The notes beneath the pieces were generated by a model. That model was not told the DNA's origin and ran no database searches. It worked only from the letters and a program-made list of their open reading frames with translations. Position numbers and translations under genes: made by a program. DNA of 64,000 nt, from IMG/VR virus record IMGVR_UViG_3300031885_002559. One strand, written 5' to 3'. Positions 58,258 to 64,000 of the stretch are shown piece after piece. Positions within the stretch are counted from its first letter, which is position 1; each line of letters starts with the position of its first letter. Origin of the DNA: an uncultured virus (IMG/VR IMGVR_UViG_3300031885_002559). Taxonomy: Duplodnaviria; Heunggongvirae; Uroviricota; Caudoviricetes.

Positions 58258-58370
58258 GATTTCCTTCCGCCTGCGTTGTTGAGCCTTCGGGTGATAGCCT
58301 GATCTTTAGCCTGAATCTGACGATTACCCTGAGCTTGGACAGGACTGCCTTACGACAGCCCCACCCGAAA

Positions 58371-59135
58371 TCAAACCTGACCGTTGAAGATGTAGCGCAG
58401 CAGATGCGCGCCGATCTTCTTGAAGAGGTCCACCTCTGTCTCGTTGGCCCGCGAGCGCGCTCGACGGACAGAGCGCAGCAGGATTTCCGAGCGTTCCAGC
58501 AGCTCCGCCTTCTCGGCGGGCGTGACCAACCCCGACCACTCTTGCTCGTGGATCGTACCAACCGGCACGTCCACGGTCAGCATCTCAGTCTGAGCCGGGT
58601 GCTCCTTGGTGGCGTCGTACTTGATGACGACCCGCACGTCCTTCTTGGTGCGGGTCTTCACAACCTCACGCGCCCGGTAGATGTGCTCGCCGCGCTCCGG
58701 GTCCGCTGTGAAACCCTTGGCTGGGTCCAGCGTGGGCACGGCGTGAACGAGCGCGTGAATCTCCGCGATGCGCTTTTCCAGTTCGAGCAGAGCAGTTGCC
58801 GGAACGTCCTTGACCAGCACGGTCCCCGCGTCGTCGTCGAGAATGATGTCGGCGCGAGCCACGGTGTTGGCTTCAGCCACCTGAAACGACGCGTCCAGCG
58901 CCTTCTGGAGAAAAGCGCTGATCCACTTCAGCTCCTTGCGAACAGTCGATTGGATGTCCGACTGCCCCTCGGTGACGGCGGGCTTGCCCTCTTCCGAGGG
59001 AACGAACAGAACGCGCTTTTCTTCAAACAGGTGGCGCTTCTTTTCAAAGGTAGCGGCCAAGTCGGTACGCGTCTTGGTCGCCTGTGTTTCGAGATTGGTC
59101 TCAACGGCCAGTAGTTCGTGGAGTCGTGTTGGCAT
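58371..59135 (-). CDS. Conserved helical phage protein upstream of the Y-like RNA
   Basis: LHELLAVE start; VPATALLELEK, PTLDP, ATKEHPAQ, WSG; sigma70-like promoter upstream. Confidence 0.7.
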   Translation of the reverse strand: MPTRLHELLAVETNLETQATKTRTDLAATFEKKRHLFEEKRVLFVPSEEGKPAVTEGQSDIQSTVRKELKWISAFLQKALDASFQVAEANTVARADIILDDDAGTVLVKDVPATALLELEKRIAEIHALVHAVPTLDPAKGFTADPERGEHIYRAREVVKTRTKKDVRVVIKYDATKEHPAQTEMLTVDVPVGTIHEQEWSGLVTPAEKAELLERSEILLRSVRRARSRANETEVDLFKKIGAHLLRYIFNGQV

Positions 59136-59192
59136 ATCTGTGCGTAGCGTATACTTGTTGATGGTTTCGTCAACAGAAAAACTCGGTCAAAG

Positions 59193-59735
59193 TCACCGCC
59201 GCCTAAACCTATCGACGTAAACGGGAATCCGTGTTGGTGGTTTCACAGGCTCTTGTGAGACTTGTGGAACAGAATTGGTAGTCACCTGCTCAGGCGGTTT
59301 TGCTTTTAGCAGACGCCGTTTTCCCACTTCTTTGACGGCGATGACCTCTTTCGTCGCGCAATTCTCCGCCGCAGCTTCTTCTGCGGTCTCAAAGACAAGC
59401 TTGGCCCCGTTAGCTCGAACTACGATCCAGAACTTTCGCGCTTGGACAAGCACACCCGTTTTGCTGGGAACGTAAGCCGTCACGTCCCAGACAAGCGCTT
59501 TCATCTCCGTGATCGAGCACTCGCGCTCGCCTACGACTTCAATCACGCGCAGAGTCTCAAGTTCAGCAAAGCGCGGGCGAATACTGTCGATTTGGTAACC
59601 AGCCAGCGCGCTGGCAACTTCGTGCGCTGTCAGTGGGCCGTGGTGAAATAGGTGTGCGTATACACTCCAGCGCAATCCGGTCAGCAGTCCTGAGTCTTCA
59701 ATTTTTGCGTATGCTTCAGCACTGGTGTTGCGCAT
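59193..59735 (-). CDS. Winged-HTH protein
   Basis: GPLTAHEVA.....SIRPRFAELETLRVIEVVGER. Confidence 0.65.
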   Translation of the reverse strand: MRNTSAEAYAKIEDSGLLTGLRWSVYAHLFHHGPLTAHEVASALAGYQIDSIRPRFAELETLRVIEVVGERECSITEMKALVWDVTAYVPSKTGVLVQARKFWIVVRANGAKLVFETAEEAAAENCATKEVIAVKEVGKRRLLKAKPPEQVTTNSVPQVSQEPVKPPTRIPVYVDRFRRR

Positions 59736-59749
59736 ACCACTATAGAACG

Positions 59750-59781
59750 TGGTTGACCCGGTCGGCTACGATCCGACAACC
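59750..59781 (-). pseudogene. Isolated tRNA 3' half (T-arm, acceptor strand, CCA)
   Basis: GGTTGTCGGATCGTAGCCGACCGGGTCAACCA directly after the CCA of the adjacent tRNA. Confidence 0.6.
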
Positions 59782-59782
59782 T

Positions 59783-59858
59783 TGGTGGGCCTTGTGGGAC
59801 TCAAACCCACGGTCTATCGCTTATGAGGCGATTGCTTTAGTCGCTAAGCTAAAAGCCC
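59783..59858 (-). tRNA. tRNA with CAT anticodon (probably Ile2, possibly elongator Met)
   Basis: GGGC start, ATCGC-CTCATAA-GCGAT, ACCA. Confidence 0.8.
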
Positions 59859-59864
59859 AGAAAA

Positions 59865-59955
59865 TGGCGGAAGGCAGTGGACATCATCCACACCCCGGTT
59901 TAGCGGAGCCGTCGGTTTAGCAAACCGCGATAGCACGCTGGCTATTTTACCTTCC
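59865..59955 (-). tRNA. tRNA-Ser(GCT)
   Basis: GGAAGG start, CGGT-TTGCTAA-ACCG, long variable arm, GCCA end; degenerate D and T loops. Confidence 0.75.
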
Positions 59956-59960
59956 GTATA

Positions 59961-59995
59961 CAAAAGGCGGCTGGCCAGTTTCCCAGCCAGCCGCC
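59961..59995 (-). terminator. Intrinsic terminator after Ro60
   Basis: Minus strand GGCGGCTGGC...GCCAGCCGCC-TTTT. Confidence 0.75.
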
Positions 59996-60015
59996 GTTGG
60001 GCCTGTAGGCCGCAG

Positions 60016-61698
60016 CTATTCGTCAGCCACAGTCTCTTCGGCCTTGGCTGCCGCGTCACCACGGATGAAGTTCGCGATGATCGGCGGGGCCGACGCATCG
60101 AAACCTACGACATCCAGACCGAACTTGTCGGTCGGATCGTTGACGGTGAAGTCGTTCGCGCACGTAGCCACGAAGACCGACCGGGCATCCCGTACGAACT
60201 TCTGCCGGTACTCGCGCAGCGCCTGAGCCGGGTGGCGACCGCAGTTGACCTCACCGTCGGTCATGCAGATGAAGCCACCGACCTCCAGCTTGTTCTGGAG
60301 CGCGTACTGGAATGCCAGCGAGATGTCCGTCGAACCGAAGTTCGAGCGTAACGCCCGGTTCATCGCGTCGTCGAGCGACATACCCTTGCGGATACCCAGC
60401 TCCACGAACTGATGCGCAAACCCGAAGACGTGGCACTCTGGCTCCACGCTCAGGTGAATGAGCGACAAGGCCGCCGTTGCCTCGCACGAGCGAAGCACCG
60501 AGCCAGCGATCTGGCTGCCCATCGAGCCTGAAACATCCAGAGCGATGAGCACCGGCTTGCCGCAGGGTACGACGTTCGGAAACGCCGCGTAGAAGGCTTG
60601 GTCAAGGTCCGCTAGGATCGACGGGACCGGGGTCCACGTGAGATCGCCCTTGATGCCACGGCCCTGCCCGTATACGCGGTGAGCGACCAGCACCGCCATC
60701 GGGTGAATGCGCGACTTCCGCAGGTACGCTGCGTCAGTCAGTCGGTTCCGCACCAGTTTGGCCGCTGCCGACAGCGGCTTCACCAGCCCGATGGAGGTCA
60801 TCTTGCCGAGGTTACGGATCAGGGCCGTAAGCGGCATCTTCTGAAGCAGAGCCTCCCAGACGGCGAGGCTGTTCAGGTGCTGCGTCGGGATCGCCTCCCG
60901 AGGGAGGTTGCTCTCGACGATGAGTTCGATGACCCGCTTCTCGGAAGCCGTCTTGGCCTCCTCGAACGCCTTGATCAACTCGGGCAGGTAACGCGTGCGC
61001 GACGGGTACTTCGCGACGGTCTCCTTGGCCTTCCGCTTGACCTCCCGCGCACCCAGCACACCCATGCCGCCAACCATCCAGCGCAGAACCGAGTCCTGCG
61101 CGGCGGAGGCCGCCTTCGGATGAGCCAGACGCAGGATGTCTGCGTGGGTCCAACCGTCACGCTGCTGGTACTTGATCGCCTGAAAGGCCAACTGGTCAGC
61201 CTCCCGAGACGTGTACCAGCCGCTGGCTGCCCGGCAGATAGCTCGTCCCCATCCACGCAGCGCGTTGATGTACTGCGCGAAGTGGAACAGGTGCGTGCCG
61301 ATACGGCAAACCTTGGGGAGTGCCGCTGCCGCTGCCGCCTTGGCTGCCGTGTCACCGTGGGTGAGCGCCAGCGCCAGAGCGAAGATGGCCGGGTCATTGC
61401 GGTACGCAAGGCCCTTGTCGGAGACCTCAGTGATCCGCTTGACGGCCCGAACACCGTCAGCCTTGATGCAGCGTACGGTCGCGCCGTGCTTCTGCTTCAG
61501 GAGTTCCGGCTCCTTGATGTAGTACGTGCCCTTCTCGACCCCGAGGATCAGGAAGCGGTCAAGGTTTGCCCAGTCATCGACCTGCCAGACAAATCCGCCG
61601 TCGGAATCCGGCACCATGTCGGTGCGGCCCGGCAGAGGCTGGGTAACCGGCGTGTTGGTGGCGCGCCGGTTGAACTGCGTCATGTTGATGGTTGCCAT
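60016..61698 (-). CDS. rsr: Ro60/Rsr TROVE + vWA domain RNA-binding protein
   Basis: GGFVW, LDRFLILG, VCRIGTHLFHF, KYQQRDGWTH.D.LRLAHP, MPLTALIRNL, ALDVSGSM (MIDAS), TDGE, VVGFDA. Confidence 0.96.
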   Translation of the reverse strand: MATINMTQFNRRATNTPVTQPLPGRTDMVPDSDGGFVWQVDDWANLDRFLILGVEKGTYYIKEPELLKQKHGATVRCIKADGVRAVKRITEVSDKGLAYRNDPAIFALALALTHGDTAAKAAAAAALPKVCRIGTHLFHFAQYINALRGWGRAICRAASGWYTSREADQLAFQAIKYQQRDGWTHADILRLAHPKAASAAQDSVLRWMVGGMGVLGAREVKRKAKETVAKYPSRTRYLPELIKAFEEAKTASEKRVIELIVESNLPREAIPTQHLNSLAVWEALLQKMPLTALIRNLGKMTSIGLVKPLSAAAKLVRNRLTDAAYLRKSRIHPMAVLVAHRVYGQGRGIKGDLTWTPVPSILADLDQAFYAAFPNVVPCGKPVLIALDVSGSMGSQIAGSVLRSCEATAALSLIHLSVEPECHVFGFAHQFVELGIRKGMSLDDAMNRALRSNFGSTDISLAFQYALQNKLEVGGFICMTDGEVNCGRHPAQALREYRQKFVRDARSVFVATCANDFTVNDPTDKFGLDVVGFDASAPPIIANFIRGDAAAKAEETVADE

Positions 61699-61838
61699 AG
61701 GTAATGGCAGTCGTACTTCCCGTATACGTTATCGGGTTTTCACCGCTGGCTGCTGCTACAGCCTGATGGTTTTTGACAGTCGTCCAGCAAGGGAATCGGC
61801 CAGACGAAAGCGACGAAGAGAAGAACACGAAAGAAGAA

Positions 61839-61969
61839 TGGCGAGCAAAGAGACGCAGTCGGAAATGCTGACCGCTGTGCTACCGCTACACCAACTCCCG
61901 GTGTTCGGGAGCCAAGGAGTCGAACCTTGTCCAACGGTTCCGATGATAACCAACTACTACGGCTCGCCA
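61839..61969 (-). ncRNA. yrlA: YrlA Y RNA upstream of Ro60
   Basis: Terminal stem GGCGAGC/GCTCGCC; T-arm CAAGG-TTCGACT-CCTTG; loop-closed acceptor GCTCCCG/CGGGAGT; then D-arm TGGTGTAGCGGTAGCAC. Confidence 0.85.
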
Positions 61970-61972
61970 AAG

Positions 61973-62425
61973 TGGTGGAGGCGAGGGGAATCGAACCCCT
62001 GTCCTTATGCGCCTTGCGACGCGTTCACATGCTTCCCCGATTTTGACCAGTAGACTGGAGCCAGACCGGGAACTGCTCTCAGCCGGTGCGGTGAAGACCA
62101 CCGCCGGTCAGCGCCGACTTGTTCGCTCGGCACCCAGACTAACCTGCTGTCGTCGGTCGGCCCAGCCTAGCAGGCGTCAGTTGGCGACCGTCGCACGGCG
62201 TTTAGGCCGCAGCGAGTTCCAGAACCTCGGTCTCTTCAAACTGAACGAGGATCGCATCCGGGTTGCGGATGATCTCCGTCGCTTCAGCGAGCAGGGACTC
62301 GATGTTCAGGGTATCAGTTGCTTCGTCAGCAGTTGATGTTTGCCTCGGGGTTTTACGTGGCCAACGAGACATCCACGGCATGTAGCGCACGGTCCAGCAA
62401 CACAAGTCGAGACCTGTACGCCCCC
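61973..62425 (-). ncRNA. ssrA: tmRNA
   Basis: 5' GGGGGCGTACAGGTCTCGAC, 3' GGGGTTCGATTCCCCTCGCCTCCACCA, G3-U70 pair; tag frame 62330-62202 ending LAAA-stop. Confidence 0.93.
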
Positions 62426-62531
62426 ATCAAAGAACGATCTGAAAATAGGCCCCGGATCACTCCGGGGTCGGGGCTGGCTGGTTCAACAGCCGCCATCCAC
62501 CATTCCGCCGCACATACGGCGAAATCGAAAT

Positions 62532-62608
62532 TGGTTGCGGGAGCTGGATTTGAACCAGCGACCTCTTGGTTATGAGCCAAGCGAGCTTCCGGGCTGCTCC
62601 ACCCCGCG
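62532..62608 (-). tRNA. tRNA-fMet(CAT)
   Basis: CGCGGGGTGGAGCAGCCCGG start, C1:A72 mismatch, CTCATAA loop. Confidence 0.9.
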
Positions 62609-62661
62609 ATGCAAAGAACGCTGTTACCGTATACCTGCGCGAATCTCTGTCAACGAAAAGT

Positions 62662-62745
62662 TGGTCGGCGCGGAGGGACTTGCACCCTCAAGGCTGACGG
62701 ATTTTGAATCCGTCCGGTCTGCTATTCCCTGTGAACCACGCGCCG
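62662..62745 (-). tRNA. tRNA-Leu(CAA), non-canonical fold
   Basis: ACGGA-TTCAAAA-TCCGT, 7-bp acceptor, ACCA. Confidence 0.75.
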
Positions 62746-62751
62746 ACTAGA

Positions 62752-62835
62752 TGGTGTCCGCACCGGGACTTGCACCCGGAAGGGGCGGGGGTTTAAGCCC
62801 CGTGGCTCTGCTGTTCGCGCTGACCCCATGCGGAC
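62752..62835 (-). tRNA. tRNA-Leu(TAA), non-canonical fold
   Basis: CGGGG-CTTAAAC-CCCCG, ACCA. Confidence 0.75.
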
Positions 62836-62843
62836 GTATACAG

Positions 62844-62919
62844 TGGTCGCTCCAGTCGGGGTTGCACCGACAACCTCTGGTTCCTAAGACCAGCGCCTCT
62901 GCTATTGGGCTATGGAGCG
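62844..62919 (-). tRNA. tRNA-Leu(TAG), short variable loop
   Basis: CTGGT-CTTAGGA-ACCAG, 76 nt, ACCA. Confidence 0.8.
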
Positions 62920-62923
62920 AAGA

Positions 62924-63007
62924 TGGTCGCCACGAGACGAATTGCACGTCCAAGGCTCACTCCTTCTGAGGGAGGCCCGTCTGCTATTCCGGGTAAACCA
63001 CGTGGCG
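62924..63007 (-). tRNA. tRNA-Leu(CAG), non-canonical fold
   Basis: CTCC-CTCAGAA-GGAG, ACCA. Confidence 0.72.
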
Positions 63008-63017
63008 TAGTTAAGGC

Positions 63018-63854
63018 ATGGCAGCAATACACAAACACCGCAGCCTAGCAAAGTTTCGGCGCACGGATAATAGTCCTCATCACTGCATTGAATGCGGTAA
63101 ACGTCATACCAACTACCCGTCAAAAATGTGCCAAGACTGTGAAGCGCGCAGGACAGAGACCGAGTTTCCACAGCATGACGTGCCGCCCTATTTTCCACAG
63201 CCGGACAGCGATGACTTCGATGAGTCAGCCGCCAAGCGCATCGTGGCCGTCATGCTCGAAGACATCCCCTACGGTTCCGACGCCCCGGATCGCGCAGGTG
63301 GCCCGGATGACCCTTGGCGCAAAGGCGGCATGAATCCCCTTGGGTCCATGCAGTTCTCCGGCCAGCGGGCCGGAGAACAAGTACCAGTGCCAGACGAAGG
63401 CCAAGAGGATGGCTTTGAAGAGTTCGCTGAGCCCCTCCGCCAGCGTGGCAAGACCGACGACGAGATCATCGCGCTTTGGCAAGCCCATCAAACGGCAGGC
63501 CAAGAGCGCCCGACGGCTAGCCCGGCCCCGACCACGCAACCCGTACCCCCGACCCAGATGGGCCACTCTCGCTTCCAGTGGCGTCCTGAGTCACGCCGCG
63601 TAAGCGCCCGCGAGATGATCGAGCACTGTGGTCACTGCGCCAGCGATCCCGCCGTCAAACGCGGAGCCAAGGTCGAGAAAGAGCACACGCGCAATCCGAA
63701 GAAGGCGGCCAAGATCGCTCAGGACCACCTGAAGGAAAACCCGAAGTACTACCCGAAGACTCCGCCGCCCAAGGGGGCCAAAGAGCGGTTGGCGTATACC
63801 AAAGGGCCGAAGCCAAAGTACGCGTTCTACGCTGGCGCAACCGGGTCAACCTAG
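63018..63854 (+). CDS. Hypothetical late protein with DUF5661-like C-terminal motif
   Basis: GAKVEKEHT...IAQDHLKENPKYY; GTAGTTA upstream. Confidence 0.6.
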   Translation: MAAIHKHRSLAKFRRTDNSPHHCIECGKRHTNYPSKMCQDCEARRTETEFPQHDVPPYFPQPDSDDFDESAAKRIVAVMLEDIPYGSDAPDRAGGPDDPWRKGGMNPLGSMQFSGQRAGEQVPVPDEGQEDGFEEFAEPLRQRGKTDDEIIALWQAHQTAGQERPTASPAPTTQPVPPTQMGHSRFQWRPESRRVSAREMIEHCGHCASDPAVKRGAKVEKEHTRNPKKAAKIAQDHLKENPKYYPKTPPPKGAKERLAYTKGPKPKYAFYAGATGST

Positions 63855-63855
63855 A

Positions 63856-63931
63856 TGGTACCCTCGGCTGGAGTCTCGCCAGCAACCTGCGGTTTCGAGG
63901 ACCGCCGCTCTATAAATTGAGCTACGAGGGC
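63856..63931 (-). tRNA. tRNA-Arg(TCG)
   Basis: GCCCTCGTAGCTCAA, GCGGT-CCTCGAA-ACCGC, ACCA; degenerate T-loop. Confidence 0.75.
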
Positions 63932-64000
63932 ATGAAAGCCAAACAGATCATCGAAGCGATGCTGCCGTATCCAAAGCAGTTCGTCGCCAAAGCGAAGCCG

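Noticed and set aside
62202..62405. 67-aa protein-coding gene
   Set aside because: Lies inside tmRNA; only the last 42 codons are the tag frame.
1..64000. Stop-codon reassignment, prophage integrase or IS elements
   Set aside because: Core genes are intact under the standard code with all three stops used, no suppressor anticodon was seen, and no integrase or transposase motifs were recognised.

Overview
The whole window looks like part of a large T4-like (myovirus-type, probably jumbo) phage genome of roughly 60% GC. It holds a head module (gp23-like major capsid, gp21-like prohead protease fused to a scaffold-like tail, neck proteins) and a contractile-tail module (sheath, tube, terminator, tape measure, hub, spike). 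It also carries recombination and replication genes (UvsX/RecA, gp32-like SSB, UvsY-like, SbcC/gp46, 5'-3' exonuclease, HU), two tandem sigma-like factors and five glycosyltransferase-type genes. A large RNA island has 11 tRNA genes, tmRNA, Ro60 and two permuted tRNA-like Y RNAs. The best candidate new system is at 29.2-31.5 kb. A Cas7/RAMP-like gene, a half-size paralogue and an accessory gene are followed by nine hairpin repeats. The spacers between them are quantised in 5-nt steps (43/48/53/58 nt) with an invariant C at every fifth base, and no cas1/cas2/nuclease is present in the window. Other notable signals: tRNA-Leu genes with a non-canonical fold, a 6-nt-periodic RNA segment beside a Y RNA, two apparent phage promoter motifs (RTAGTTA and CGTTCT), strong enrichment of GTATAC, a shared N-terminal LxE motif on many small proteins, and a likely programmed frameshift. 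All protein calls come from motif recognition by eye; no database searches were run.
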